A stretch of DNA of 64,000 nucleotides from an uncultured Bacteriovoracaceae bacterium (GCA_964423165.1 CAYRDP010000007.1:283-64282), one strand, 5' to 3'. Numbered from the stretch's first letter, positions 45,977-56,863 are shown. Translations and numbers: made by a program. The notes: generated by a model from the sequence alone, not told the origin.

Positions 45977-47227
45977 TTAATATTTTTTTAAAATAATTGA
46001 TGAGTTTGTACCACCAAAACCAAATGAATTATTTAAGGCATATTCAAACTCTTTTTGAATTGATTTATTTGGAGTGTAATTAAGATCACACTCAGGGTCT
46101 TGATTAACTAAGTTAATTGTCGGAGGAATAATTTGCTCCTTTAAGGACATTGCACTAAAAATCGTTTCAATACCTCCGGCTGCTCCCAGAAGGTGCCCAA
46201 CCATTGATTTTGTTGAGCTTACGTTTAGGTTATAGGAGTGGTCTTTAAAAACTTTTTTAATTGCTTTAGTTTCAGCAATATCGCCCAAAGGAGTTGAAGT
46301 ACCATGAGCATTTATGTACCCAATCTGTTCCTCACTGATATTTGCTGTTTTAATTGCTTGATTCATGCATCTAGCAGCTCCTTCACCTTCTGATTCTGGA
46401 GCAGTAATATGATAAGAATCAGAACAGGCACCAAAACCAACAATTTCAGCAAAAATTGTAGCTCCTCTCGCTTTTGCTTTTTCTAGGTCTTCTAATATTA
46501 TAACTCCTGCACCTTCACCCATAACAAAACCATCTCGACCTAAATCAAAAGGTCTAGATGCAGTTTTAGGAGAATCATTTTTTTTGGATAATGCTTTCAT
46601 TGAAGCAAAACCAGCAATAGGTAATCCTGAAATTGGACTTTCACTTCCCCCCGCAACCACAAGGTCATATCGACCTGTCATAATTTCCATAGCTGCAGAT
46701 GAAATAGCATGAGACGCAGATGCACATGCACTAGAAATATTATAATTTAAACCTTTTAGTCCATAACGAATACTAATAGCTCCAGGTGCCATATTAGGAA
46801 TTATTGCAGGTATAAAGAATGGGGAAACTCTTCTGGAACCTTTCTCGAGTAATAAGTTATGATTTTTTTCAATGGCGGGAAAACCTCCCATTCCTACACC
46901 TAGAATACATGCCTGATCTTCAGCAGAGTAATTATTATTTTCAAGTAGACCTGCTGTGCTTAATGCCTCATTTGTTGCATGGAGTGCAAAGTTTACAAAG
47001 CGGTCAAATCTACGTGATTCACGTTCAGCTAAAATATCATCAGCTAATTGAAAGTTTTTTACTTCACCTGCAAATTTGACTGGAAGGCCAGATATATCAT
47101 GATGCTCAATTGTTGAAATTCCAGATTCCCCATGAATGATACCTTTCCAAATATCAGAAAGATTATCTCCAAGTCCGCAGATTGCTCCCATTCCTGTGAT
47201 TGCGACTCTGTTTAGTTTATTTGCCAT
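45977..47227 (-). CDS. fabF: Beta-ketoacyl-ACP synthase II
   Basis: KAS II motifs: active-site Cys in SSACASASHAI, HGTSTPLGD and GHLLGAAG. Confidence 0.9.
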   Translation of the reverse strand: MANKLNRVAITGMGAICGLGDNLSDIWKGIIHGESGISTIEHHDISGLPVKFAGEVKNFQLADDILAERESRRFDRFVNFALHATNEALSTAGLLENNNYSAEDQACILGVGMGGFPAIEKNHNLLLEKGSRRVSPFFIPAIIPNMAPGAISIRYGLKGLNYNISSACASASHAISSAAMEIMTGRYDLVVAGGSESPISGLPIAGFASMKALSKKNDSPKTASRPFDLGRDGFVMGEGAGVIILEDLEKAKARGATIFAEIVGFGACSDSYHITAPESEGEGAARCMNQAIKTANISEEQIGYINAHGTSTPLGDIAETKAIKKVFKDHSYNLNVSSTKSMVGHLLGAAGGIETIFSAMSLKEQIIPPTINLVNQDPECDLNYTPNKSIQKEFEYALNNSFGFGGTNSSIILKKY

Positions 47228-47255
47228 AAATTAAACACCATTATAAATATTCAAA

Positions 47256-47480
47256 TTATTTCTTTGCTTCTAAATATGAAACAACATCTTTAACTGTTTT
47301 AAGGCCTTCTGCATCTTCTTCAGGAATTTCAATTCCGAAATCATCTTCCATTTTCATCATTAATTCAACAATATCTAGAGAGTCTAGGTTTAAGTCTTCA
47401 ATAAAGTTAGTTTCTGCAGATATTTTACTAGCTTCTACTTTTGTTGCGTCACTTACTAATTTAATTACTTTTTCTTGCAT
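47256..47480 (-). CDS. acpP: Acyl carrier protein
   Basis: 74 aa with DLNLDSLDIVEL (DSL phosphopantetheine site). Confidence 0.95.
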   Translation of the reverse strand: MQEKVIKLVSDATKVEASKISAETNFIEDLNLDSLDIVELMMKMEDDFGIEIPEEDAEGLKTVKDVVSYLEAKK

Positions 47481-47501
47481 ATTTTACTCCTTAAAAAATT
47501 A

Positions 47502-48260
47502 CTATATATATAAACCACCATCAATCTTAATTGTTTCACCCGTTATATAGCTTGAGCTTTGACTTAGCAAAAAGCAGACTAAGTTGGCAACTTCTCCCGT
47601 GGTTCCAAAACGATTAATTGGTATTTCGGTAAGATACGCCTCTTTCTTCTGATCATCAAGCTTATCTGTCATCTCTGTTTCAATAAAACCAGGGCACACC
47701 GCATTACATCTTACGTTTCTGGAGCCTAGTTCTTTTGCAAGAGATTTTGTAAATCCAATCAATCCAGCTTTTGAGGCCGCATATGATATCTGTGAAGAAT
47801 TTCCCATTAATCCAACTACAGAACCAATATTAACAATTGCAACATTTTTAGCTTTTAAAAATGATCGAGATAAAGCACCTGCAATCAATATAGGGCCTTT
47901 TAAATTTACATCTAAAGTTTCAGATATATCTTCATTCTTTAATCTTAGTACTATTTGATCTTTTGACATACCTGCATTATTAACTAGCCCTGAGATATAT
48001 CCATGCTCTTTTACAAACTCCGTAATGCTTTCTTTGATTTGATCACCATTAGATAAATCAAACTTAATTGGAGTAGCTTTTCCTCCAATCTTTTGTAAAT
48101 TATTTTGCACTTCAGTTGCAGATTCTAAATTACCTCGATAATTAAAAACAATATGAGCACCTTGCCTGGCAAGTTCCTCTGAGATTGCTTTTCCAATTCC
48201 TCTAGAAACTCCCGTTACTAAAATTACTTTTTCTTTTAAATCGGGGAAATTAATATTCAT
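47502..48260 (-). CDS. fabG: 3-oxoacyl-ACP reductase
   Basis: SDR motifs TGVSRGIGKAI and YAASKAG, in fab cluster context. Confidence 0.9.
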   Translation of the reverse strand: MNINFPDLKEKVILVTGVSRGIGKAISEELARQGAHIVFNYRGNLESATEVQNNLQKIGGKATPIKFDLSNGDQIKESITEFVKEHGYISGLVNNAGMSKDQIVLRLKNEDISETLDVNLKGPILIAGALSRSFLKAKNVAIVNIGSVVGLMGNSSQISYAASKAGLIGFTKSLAKELGSRNVRCNAVCPGFIETEMTDKLDDQKKEAYLTEIPINRFGTTGEVANLVCFLLSQSSSYITGETIKIDGGLYI

Positions 48261-48263
48261 AAT

Positions 48264-49208
48264 TTATAAATCCTTGATTTGGTTCCATGATTCTTCTTTA
48301 TCTAATGGGATTACATTAATAGTTGAATTAATTTTCTTGGATAGTCCCGCCAAAACTTTACCCGGACCGACTTCAATGCAAATAGTATTATCTTCTATTA
48401 AGTTAAAACTTTGTTCCCACAGTACACTGCCTGCAACTTGTGTATATAAATTATTTTGAATAACTTTACTGGAAGTTCCTGTTGAATATTCTTTAGCGTC
48501 AACATTTGCAATATAAGGGTATAAGTTTTCTTGAATTTCAATTTTATTTAAATAATTATTTAATTTATCAGCAGCATTTTTCATTAGAGATGAATGAAAA
48601 GGAGCGGATACTTTTAATTCAATTGATCTGTGGGGACTAGCAAAATTATTTTTGATCCACTCAATAGCACTTTCACATGCATGAGCATGACCTGAGATCA
48701 CTATTTGGTTAGGGCCGTTAAAATTTGCAGGCATCACGTTTTCATCTTCAGATGAGACAGCAACACATGCCTTTTGAACAATATCAGCAGGGACTTTTAG
48801 AATCGCAAACATTTTACCAGTTCCTAACGGAACTGAATCTTGCATAAATTTTCCTCGGTAGTGAACAGTTTTAATTGCACTTTCAAAAGAGAGAGCATTT
48901 GCAGCGACAAGAGCAGAGTATTCACCGACAGAGTGACCTAATACTTTGCTTATCTTAATGTTTTTTTCATTAAGGATAGGTAATAGCTTTTGATAAAGAA
49001 AAGTCGAGTAAGCGACGATTGCAGGTTGAGTATTATGTGTTTTTTGCAGCTCTTCTTCAGGGCCATTTTGTAAAATTGAAGTTAATGAATAACCTAAAGC
49101 TTTATCTGCAAGATCTAGGTAGTACTTAAATTCATCAGAATAAGGTTGTCCCATTCCTACGTATTGAGATCCTTGACCAGGAAAAATAAGAGTTACTGAT
49201 TTAGTCAT
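48264..49208 (-). CDS. fabD: Malonyl CoA-ACP transacylase
   Basis: FPGQGSQYVGMG and GHSVGEYSAL. Confidence 0.9.
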   Translation of the reverse strand: MTKSVTLIFPGQGSQYVGMGQPYSDEFKYYLDLADKALGYSLTSILQNGPEEELQKTHNTQPAIVAYSTFLYQKLLPILNEKNIKISKVLGHSVGEYSALVAANALSFESAIKTVHYRGKFMQDSVPLGTGKMFAILKVPADIVQKACVAVSSEDENVMPANFNGPNQIVISGHAHACESAIEWIKNNFASPHRSIELKVSAPFHSSLMKNAADKLNNYLNKIEIQENLYPYIANVDAKEYSTGTSSKVIQNNLYTQVAGSVLWEQSFNLIEDNTICIEVGPGKVLAGLSKKINSTINVIPLDKEESWNQIKDL

Positions 49209-49223
49209 AATAAATTATTACCT

Positions 49224-50225
49224 TTAGTATTTGAGTAATGTTGCACCAAAAGTAAGACCTGCTCCAAATGCATCTAGTAGAATATGATCACCTCGTTTAA
49301 TTTTTTTATTAATAATAAATTCGTGCAAGGCAATTGGAATAGTTGCAGCGGAAGTATTACCATACTTCTCAATATTAATTACTACTTTTTGTGGATCAAT
49401 TCCAAGTAGTTTACCTGTGGTTTCTATAATTCTAAGATTTGCTTGATGAGGAATAAGCCAATCAATATCCTCAAGACTTAAATTGGCATCTTTAATAACT
49501 TTTTTGGCACTATTAGCTAGAGTTCTTGTTGCGACCTTAAACATTTCCCCACCTTTCATTTTCATGAAGTGACTTTCTTCTTCTAGGTGTTGTTTCGTTA
49601 TGGGAGTAACTGCTCCACCAATTGGCTGGTTGAAAAACTCTCTTCCGCTTCCATCTGCACCAAGGTAAGAAGATAAAACCTGGGAAGATTCATTTTCAGG
49701 GGACCGACCAACAATGGCAACTCCACATCCATCTCCAAATAAAATACAAATTGATCTATCCTTCCAATTAACTTCACGACTTAGCATTTCAGAACCAACA
49801 ATTAAAACATTTTTTGCTATTCCTGTTTGAATCATAGAGTTTGCTATGTTTAATCCATAGACAAACCCTGAGCAAGCAACAGAAATATCTAGACATGCAC
49901 ACTTGTTTTTTATTCCTAGTTTTGTTTGAAGAATAGTTGAGCTGTTTGGAATTTTCATGTCAGGTGTAACAGAGGCAAATATGATAAGGTCAATATCATC
50001 TGGTTGAAGCCCTGAATTTTTTAAAGCTTCTTGTGTTGCATGATAGGCCATATCAGTTGGAAACTCACCTTTTTCAGTGTTGCAAATTCTTCTTTCCCTA
50101 ATTCCTGTCCTTTCAAAAATCCACTCATCATTTGTTTCAACAATTTTTTCTAAATCTGAATTAGTAAGTATTTTTTTTGGTAAGTAATATCCTGTCCCTA
50201 AAATTTTTGTCTTAAAAACATTCAT
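49224..50225 (-). CDS. fabH: Beta-ketoacyl-ACP synthase III
   Basis: ACSGFVYGL (active Cys), HQANLRI and GNTSAATIP. Confidence 0.9.
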   Translation of the reverse strand: MNVFKTKILGTGYYLPKKILTNSDLEKIVETNDEWIFERTGIRERRICNTEKGEFPTDMAYHATQEALKNSGLQPDDIDLIIFASVTPDMKIPNSSTILQTKLGIKNKCACLDISVACSGFVYGLNIANSMIQTGIAKNVLIVGSEMLSREVNWKDRSICILFGDGCGVAIVGRSPENESSQVLSSYLGADGSGREFFNQPIGGAVTPITKQHLEEESHFMKMKGGEMFKVATRTLANSAKKVIKDANLSLEDIDWLIPHQANLRIIETTGKLLGIDPQKVVINIEKYGNTSAATIPIALHEFIINKKIKRGDHILLDAFGAGLTFGATLLKY

Positions 50226-50308
50226 TGATATTCCCCTGCAAATAATACGAATGTAACCTACTTATATTGGCACAACTATTTGATGAGAATTAATTAACTT
50301 TGACAAGT

Positions 50309-50524
50309 TTATTCTTCGTTCGTTTCTTCTTCTTCTGCTTTGTCTGCTTTTGTTTCAAAAACTTTTACACCCTTATACCAACCACTTGGAGATACCCTAT
50401 GAGGAAGGGTGAATTCACCTGTTGTTTGGCAACTTGAAACAGTTTTTGTATTTAAACTGTGGTGTTGACCTGCTCTACGTTTACCTTTTCTAGCAACACT
50501 TGTTTTTTTCTTTGGAACTGCCAT
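50309..50524 (-). CDS. rpmF: 50S ribosomal protein L32 with acidic C-terminal tail
   Basis: The internal Met gives MAVPKKKTSVARKGKRRAGQH, the canonical L32 N-terminus. The 21 extra codons of the track ORF (to 50587) are probably not translated. Confidence 0.85.
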   Translation of the reverse strand: MAVPKKKTSVARKGKRRAGQHHSLNTKTVSSCQTTGEFTLPHRVSPSGWYKGVKVFETKADKAEEEETNEE

Positions 50525-50651
50525 TCTATATCTCCAACCTTTTACCTGTCGCGTTATACGATTTATTGATTCAGTACGATATTTCAATACGATATTAGGG
50601 GTTAATATGCAAGATATATTTGTTGAAACGGGTAATATCGTTATAAAATAA

Positions 50652-51212
50652 TTGATAATTATAAATAATGATACGGTGCGTGTTTTGATCTTTATTTTAT
50701 GTGGGCCTATGGGGTGTGGAAAAACTTATTTATTAAATAAGATTAGGCATTCTCATATATTAGAATTAAGTAATATTGATTTTTTTGATTTAGATGATGA
50801 AATCATATCAAGTGACTGTGATTATTTAGATATTGAATCTATGGTTAAGGCAAGAGGTTGGCATTATTTTAGAGAGTTGGAAAAAAATATTTTACTTGGC
50901 CTAATTAATAATCACAATAAAAATCACATGTTAATATCCTTAGGGGGCGGAGCATTAAATAGCTCGTTTTTAGATTATATTAATGAAAGAAAGAATATTA
51001 AATTAATTTTCTTATCAACACCTTTTGAAGTCTGTTGGGAGAGAATTTATCTTGATAATCATCGTCCACTAGTGAAAAAAGGAAAATTGGAAGTAGAAAA
51101 ATTATATAAAAATCGTCTTTCTTTCTACCATAGAGCTCAATTTGATATTGATGTAAAAGAGCAAAGTAATATTTCTAAAATTGATGATTTACTAAACCTT
51201 GCTAATAGTTAG
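50652..51212 (+). CDS. aroK: Shikimate kinase
   Basis: P-loop GPMGCGKT, DLDDEI and LGGGAL. The exact start is uncertain because the track start is TTG. Confidence 0.7.
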   Translation: MIIINNDTVRVLIFILCGPMGCGKTYLLNKIRHSHILELSNIDFFDLDDEIISSDCDYLDIESMVKARGWHYFRELEKNILLGLINNHNKNHMLISLGGGALNSSFLDYINERKNIKLIFLSTPFEVCWERIYLDNHRPLVKKGKLEVEKLYKNRLSFYHRAQFDIDVKEQSNISKIDDLLNLANS

Positions 51213-51227
51213 ACGAATGATACATTT

Positions 51228-52745
51228 TTGTTGCACAATATAATAAGTACTTTAGGAGAAGAAATGTCTGAAATAAAAGGTTTAAACTTAGATAAAGTAG
51301 AAATTGCTTTAGTGTTAGAAGATCTTAATGAAATTAAAGAATTAACTTGTTTATTAAAAAAGATGGGTATTACTGCTCATTTTTATAATGACTTAGTTTC
51401 TTTTTGGAATGGTATTGAGCAACAAAAACCAAATTTATCTATTGTTGATGTTAGTTTAATGAGCTCAGGTAAATTGTCATTGATTGATCATCCTTTAGTT
51501 TTATCTAATGACTTACAACTAGCATTTTATTTTACCGATGACACAAGACCATTATTAAAATCAACTGTAGGTATTAATCACTTAGGAATTATTCAGCGGC
51601 AAATTTGCTATGAAAGTGAGTTGAAAAGTCTAATATTTAGATTCAAGCAATCACTTTTAAGAAATATTGAATTTAAAGAACTTCAAAATCAAAGCAAGGT
51701 TCTAGAAGAAAAGCTACTTAAATCTAGATCAAACTTAGAAATAGCAAAAGAAGAAAAATACTATGATTCTTTGTTAAATAAAATAATGAATCAAAGAAGT
51801 ATTTATAAAGATAAAATAGAGTTTTCTGAAGCTCTTTTGGAAATAGTTAAAGAACTTGATATTATTTCAGAAGTCTCATGTATGGAGTTAAACCAAACAG
51901 CTCAAAAGTTAATATCACCTCCAATCGTTCATGATAAATTTAAGCAATTGCCATCACTTTGGTTAGGTAAAACGTCTAAAAATGGTATTGAATTTTTTGC
52001 TCAAAACATGGCAACTCAAGTAGGGTTAGAAGTGTTAGGAGAGAACCTTGTTTCTCTTTCAGTAAAAGCGGAAATGGAAAATCCTGAGATTGTAATACTT
52101 CTAACTGTTAGAGATGAAGAGTTTCTAACAAGATTTAACTGGGAACGATTTGAAGAATTTTTAAGTGGTATTTATGTAAACATTAAATTGAAAAGAATTA
52201 ATACAAATACAATTTCTAAAAAAGTAATCAATCCATGGGAATATTTGTCAGCATTAGATACATTCTTCTATCGAGATGGATTACAAGGATTAGGTGATTA
52301 TTCAGCAGAGAATTCTTCGATTATTATAGATTTTAAACTTCTGATAAGTACTGTTAATAATGAAGTTAAAAATAGGTTTTATTGGAGCAAGTTTTTTCAT
52401 GATTTATCATTACAAGTTGAACAATTGAAAATCGAAAATATACAGCTTTGCACCTTTGGTATTGATACAATTTCTTTGATTATTCCAAAAGAAAAGCAAG
52501 ATTACTGTATTGAAAAGTTACGTACGATTACAACCAATATTAAGTATTGGAGATATTTTGAGAATCCAGATTTAGTGTTTAATAAGTCCTTTAAACCAAG
52601 AATTAGGTTCGCTCCTCTTTCATCGGAAGGATTTATAAGTTACATGAAAAATGATCGCTTATTTACTTCAAACAAGTCTGATAAAGTAATCCAAAAAGAC
52701 CTTAATTTTCTTCAATCAAATAAAGAGCAATTTTCTAATATATAA
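51228..52745 (+). CDS. Hypothetical protein with N-terminal receiver (REC)-like domain
   Basis: VEIALVLEDLNEIKE...KPNLSIVDVSLM follows the REC acidic-pocket/phospho-Asp spacing. The remaining 380 aa are unrecognised. Confidence 0.4.
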   Translation: MLHNIISTLGEEMSEIKGLNLDKVEIALVLEDLNEIKELTCLLKKMGITAHFYNDLVSFWNGIEQQKPNLSIVDVSLMSSGKLSLIDHPLVLSNDLQLAFYFTDDTRPLLKSTVGINHLGIIQRQICYESELKSLIFRFKQSLLRNIEFKELQNQSKVLEEKLLKSRSNLEIAKEEKYYDSLLNKIMNQRSIYKDKIEFSEALLEIVKELDIISEVSCMELNQTAQKLISPPIVHDKFKQLPSLWLGKTSKNGIEFFAQNMATQVGLEVLGENLVSLSVKAEMENPEIVILLTVRDEEFLTRFNWERFEEFLSGIYVNIKLKRINTNTISKKVINPWEYLSALDTFFYRDGLQGLGDYSAENSSIIIDFKLLISTVNNEVKNRFYWSKFFHDLSLQVEQLKIENIQLCTFGIDTISLIIPKEKQDYCIEKLRTITTNIKYWRYFENPDLVFNKSFKPRIRFAPLSSEGFISYMKNDRLFTSNKSDKVIQKDLNFLQSNKEQFSNI

Positions 52746-52756
52746 AGAAGGTAATA

Positions 52757-53878
52757 TTGGAAAATTATAACAAGTTAACGGTCGAGCTAGAAAAATTAAA
52801 AAATAATATTCTTGATCTTGAAAAACATTGCCCAGAGAATAAAATAATATTTATGGTTAAGGCCAATGCCTATGGCCATGGAATTATTCCAATAGTTAGG
52901 TACTCTCAAGTTGAGTGTGGCATTAATCAATTTGGTGTTGCTACTTTAGATGAGGCGAAAAAGCTCAGATATGAATTACCTGATTTAGATAATGATTTAT
53001 ATGTTTTTTCTAATTTGAATTTATATGAAAATTCAAATGCATATGCTGAAATGAAAATTATTCCTGTGTTATCTTCACTTTCAATGCTTGATATTTTTTT
53101 AAAGAATAATTATTTGAAAGAAGTACCTCTGGTAATAAAATTAAATACAGGAATGAATAGATTAGGGATCAGTCAATCAGAAGTAGATTTGATGATAAAT
53201 AAAATTAAATCTAATGGCCGTAATAAAATATACCACCTAATGACACATTTATCCTCTTCATCAGAAAAGATGGATACCCATAATAGAAGTCATAAACAAA
53301 AAGAAAACTTTGATCAAATTATTAAAAAAATTACCTTAAATAAAATAAAAATTGAAAGAACGTCAATTTCAAACTCTGGAGCAATTGAGCAATCTTTTGG
53401 ATTAGATTATTCTCATATAAGACCTGGTTTAATGTTATATGGGCCCAGTGCCTTAACAAAAAATGCAAGAAAAAATAGTTTTTGGAAGGGGTTATCAATT
53501 TCAACTTTAGAAACAAATATATTAAGCATTTTTCCTGTAAAACAAGGTGATGAAATAGGGTATGGAGCAGAAATGATCAATGACAATGGTAATATTGTAA
53601 TTCTGTCTATTGGTTATGGTGATGGTATTAGCACAAAGTTGGAAGGGGTGAAGTTAAATATTGATGATATTACGGCCGAGATAATTGGTCGAGTTAATAT
53701 GGACATGTTGCAATTATTTTTTGAAAGTGGATCATTATCACTTAAGGTAAATGATAAAGTTAAATTATGGAGCAGTCACACATCTGAAATATTATCAATT
53801 GCTGATCAAGCAGGGATTATTCCTTATGAATTATATTGCTCTTTAACAAATAGAGTAATCCGAGAATATAATATATAA
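52757..53878 (+). CDS. alr: Alanine racemase
   Basis: MVKANAYGHG (PLP lysine) and the C-terminal beta-domain pattern GRVNMD. Confidence 0.85.
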   Translation: MENYNKLTVELEKLKNNILDLEKHCPENKIIFMVKANAYGHGIIPIVRYSQVECGINQFGVATLDEAKKLRYELPDLDNDLYVFSNLNLYENSNAYAEMKIIPVLSSLSMLDIFLKNNYLKEVPLVIKLNTGMNRLGISQSEVDLMINKIKSNGRNKIYHLMTHLSSSSEKMDTHNRSHKQKENFDQIIKKITLNKIKIERTSISNSGAIEQSFGLDYSHIRPGLMLYGPSALTKNARKNSFWKGLSISTLETNILSIFPVKQGDEIGYGAEMINDNGNIVILSIGYGDGISTKLEGVKLNIDDITAEIIGRVNMDMLQLFFESGSLSLKVNDKVKLWSSHTSEILSIADQAGIIPYELYCSLTNRVIREYNI

Positions 53879-53905
53879 TAATTATATATTAGGATAAATA
53901 GATTC

Positions 53906-54715
53906 ATGAAATTAACATTTAAAACTATAAACTTTAGTGTGCTTTCAGTTGAGAAACTAGGTAACTTTATTTTAGAAAATGTTTCGTCATTGGGAAGTAT
54001 CTTTTTGTTTGCAAATAAGTTTCTTTTTTGGTCAATGAAAAAACCATATAGATTAAAATTATTTACTGATCAATTAGTTTTTATTGGAAACAAAAGTGTT
54101 TTTATTGTGTGCCTTGCAGGATCATTTTCTGGAATGGTTATGGCATACCAAACTTATTTTGGATTTAAGTTAATTAGTGTTGACTCATTAGTAGGGCCCG
54201 TTGCTGCAATATCACTTGCCAAAGAATTAGCTCCAGTACTCACGGGATTAATAGTTGCCGGTAGAGCAGGAGCTGCGATGGCCGCACAAATTGGAACAAT
54301 GAAAGTAACTGAACAAATTGATGCTTTAGAGGTAATGGGCATTGACTCTTTTCAGTATTTAGTTATACCAAGGATTTGGGCAAGCATGTTTGCATTACCA
54401 ATGCTTTCTGCAATTTTTTTACTTATTGGAAGCATTGGGGCATGGGTAGTTGGTACACAATCATTAATGATTGATGAAGCAATTTTCTACTCAAAGCTTA
54501 GTAACTTTATGTATGTCGCTGATATTTACCAAGGGTTAATCAAAGCATTCTTCTTTGGATTAATTATTTCAATAATTGGAACTTATTTTGGGTTCAAAGC
54601 AGAGAAGGGGGCTGAAGGAGTAGGGAAAGGAACAAATCAAGCTGTCGTTTGGGGAATGATTTCTGTACTAGTCTCCGATTATTTTTTAACAAGCTTTTTA
54701 GTAAGGGTATTATAG
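53906..54715 (+). CDS. mlaE: Phospholipid ABC transporter permease MlaE
   Basis: LAKELAPVLTGLIVAGRAGAAMAAQIGTMKVTEQIDALEVMGI is the MlaE signature. Confidence 0.9.
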   Translation: MKLTFKTINFSVLSVEKLGNFILENVSSLGSIFLFANKFLFWSMKKPYRLKLFTDQLVFIGNKSVFIVCLAGSFSGMVMAYQTYFGFKLISVDSLVGPVAAISLAKELAPVLTGLIVAGRAGAAMAAQIGTMKVTEQIDALEVMGIDSFQYLVIPRIWASMFALPMLSAIFLLIGSIGAWVVGTQSLMIDEAIFYSKLSNFMYVADIYQGLIKAFFFGLIISIIGTYFGFKAEKGAEGVGKGTNQAVVWGMISVLVSDYFLTSFLVRVL

Positions 54716-54722
54716 GCAATAA

Positions 54723-55466
54723 ATGACTAGCGAAAATATTATATCTTTTAAAAATGTTACTAAAAAATATGGATCTCAGACTATTCTAGATGATTTAAGT
54801 TTTGAGATAAAGAAAAATAAAATAACTACAATACTAGGGTTTTCAGGAGCAGGGAAATCAACCCTTTTAAAACATATTTTGGGGCTATCATCACCTACCA
54901 AAGGTCAGATAAATTGCTTAGGCCAAGATATAACTCAATTAGACGATTTCTCTTTGAAAGAATTTCGAAGAAACTTTGGAATGGTTTTTCAGTATGCAGC
55001 ACTATTTGATTCACTGACAGCAATAGAAAATGTTGATTTTCCTCTGAATGAATTTACAACTTTGTCTATAGAGGAACGTTTTGAGCAAGCAAGTAACTTA
55101 CTAATTTCTGTTGGAATTACAGAGAAGTCTTTTAATAAATACCCATCAGAACTATCAGGTGGAATGAGAAAAAGAGTTGGTCTTGCAAGAGCATTGGCAC
55201 TAAGGCCTACAATTATGTTGTATGATGAACCAACGACTGGACTTGACCCCATTACAACTAAAATGGTCAACCGATTAATTATAGATACTGCAAATAGCAA
55301 TAAGGAAAAAGGACTTACCTCAATTATTATTTCTCATAACGTAGAATCAAGTCTAAAAATTTCTGACTTTATCGCATTTCTAGATAATGGTAAAATAATT
55401 GAGAACTTACCTGCATCAGAGTTTAAGAATTCAAAGATTCCAATTATCCAAGAATTCTTAAATTAA
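54723..55466 (+). CDS. mlaF: Phospholipid ABC transporter ATP-binding protein MlaF
   Basis: Walker A GFSGAGKST, signature LSGGMRKR and Walker B MLYDEP. Confidence 0.9.
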   Translation: MTSENIISFKNVTKKYGSQTILDDLSFEIKKNKITTILGFSGAGKSTLLKHILGLSSPTKGQINCLGQDITQLDDFSLKEFRRNFGMVFQYAALFDSLTAIENVDFPLNEFTTLSIEERFEQASNLLISVGITEKSFNKYPSELSGGMRKRVGLARALALRPTIMLYDEPTTGLDPITTKMVNRLIIDTANSNKEKGLTSIIISHNVESSLKISDFIAFLDNGKIIENLPASEFKNSKIPIIQEFLN

Positions 55467-55492
55467 TAATACTTGGATTGGTGGTTGTATTT

Positions 55493-56863
55493 ATGAATGA
55501 ATTTAAAGTTGGACTTCTTGCTTTAGCAACAATTTCTTCAGTAATATATATGTCTCTAAGAATTACTTCCAATCAATCGGGATTTGGAGAGTATGCAAAA
55601 TTTAGAACAATCGTAAAAGACGCTTCTGGAATTTATCCAAAAACACCAATTAAGGTAGCAGGTATTAATGCCGGAAGAATCCATGAAATTGAATTACAAG
55701 GAAATGCTGCTTTAATTACAATGGAGGTTTTAAGTAGAATAAAAGTTACAACAAACTCGAGATTAAAAATTAAAACAGTGGGATTTCTTGGAGACAAGTA
55801 CTTAGAAATAATTGTTGGTGATGAAAAAAAAGAACTAAAAGAAGGGTCATTAATCGAATCTCTAGAAGAAGGAGGAATTGAACAGCTAGTAAAGGATACT
55901 GCAGAAGTAATTACAAGTGTAAAAGAAATAGTTGATAATATGAAAGAGTCAATTAGCCCAGAAGATGGAGGGGTTCCTTTATCAACAATACTTAATGATA
56001 CAAAAGATTTTGTCGCAAATACTAAAGATCTGACAGCTTCTTTAAAAGATTTAGTAAATAATAATTCGGGAAAAGTTAATCATTTAATAAATAACTTAGA
56101 AAAGTCATCAAATAGTCTCGAAACACAACTCAATACATCAAATCCTGATAGTATGATTTCAGAGTTTAAAGAATTATTATTATCGGCAAGAACCGTGACA
56201 AGTGAAATGCAGACAATAATTTCCGATGTTCGCCGAGGGAAAGGAACATTAGGTAAAATAATTTCTGAAGATGGAATTGCAGATAAGGTGTCCAGTGCAT
56301 TATCAGGCGTTAGTAAAATGGTTAATAAGATTGATACTGTCAGAACTGAAGTTGCGGCATTTACAGGTGTGAATAATCAATATGGAGCTGAAACAGTTGC
56401 AAGTGTTAAAATATTTCCAGGGCCGGAAAGATTTTATCAATTAGGGTTAAGTACTTCTGAATTTGGGATTGAAAGTGAGACTTACAGCACTACAGTTACA
56501 AATGGTGCATCAACAGAAGAAGTTAAAAAAGTAAAAGAAAAAAATGATTATAGGTTTGATGTCCAGTTAGGGAGGAAAATACATAATCTGACTTTCAGAG
56601 GTGGGATGATCGAATCGACAGGAGGAATAGGATTAGACTGGCAATTTAATAGATCTGACAGCAAAGTTTCAGCAGATGTTTTTGATTTTAGAAATGGAGT
56701 TGGTGTTAATTTAAGGTTGTCCGGCAAAATTCAACTATGGAATGTATTTTATGGTAAAATAATTGCAGAAGATGTACTTATTGATGATAGAAGTTTTACA
56801 CTATCAACAGGATTACAATTTAACGACGATGACCTAAAAGGTTTAGTAGGATTGATATTTTAA
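55493..56863 (+). CDS. mlaD: MCE-domain protein MlaD with long C-terminal extension
   Basis: An N-terminal TM is followed by the MCE domain (VAGINAGRIHEIEL...). Operon context is mlaE-mlaF. The track start 55478 is TTG. Confidence 0.75.
   Translation: MNEFKVGLLALATISSVIYMSLRITSNQSGFGEYAKFRTIVKDASGIYPKTPIKVAGINAGRIHEIELQGNAALITMEVLSRIKVTTNSRLKIKTVGFLGDKYLEIIVGDEKKELKEGSLIESLEEGGIEQLVKDTAEVITSVKEIVDNMKESISPEDGGVPLSTILNDTKDFVANTKDLTASLKDLVNNNSGKVNHLINNLEKSSNSLETQLNTSNPDSMISEFKELLLSARTVTSEMQTIISDVRRGKGTLGKIISEDGIADKVSSALSGVSKMVNKIDTVRTEVAAFTGVNNQYGAETVASVKIFPGPERFYQLGLSTSEFGIESETYSTTVTNGASTEEVKKVKEKNDYRFDVQLGRKIHNLTFRGGMIESTGGIGLDWQFNRSDSKVSADVFDFRNGVGVNLRLSGKIQLWNVFYGKIIAEDVLIDDRSFTLSTGLQFNDDDLKGLVGLIF

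Noticed and set aside
50525-50587. N-terminal 21-codon extension of the rpmF ORF
   Set aside because: The canonical L32 N-terminus MAVPKKKTS starts at the internal Met (50524), so the extension is likely untranslated leader.
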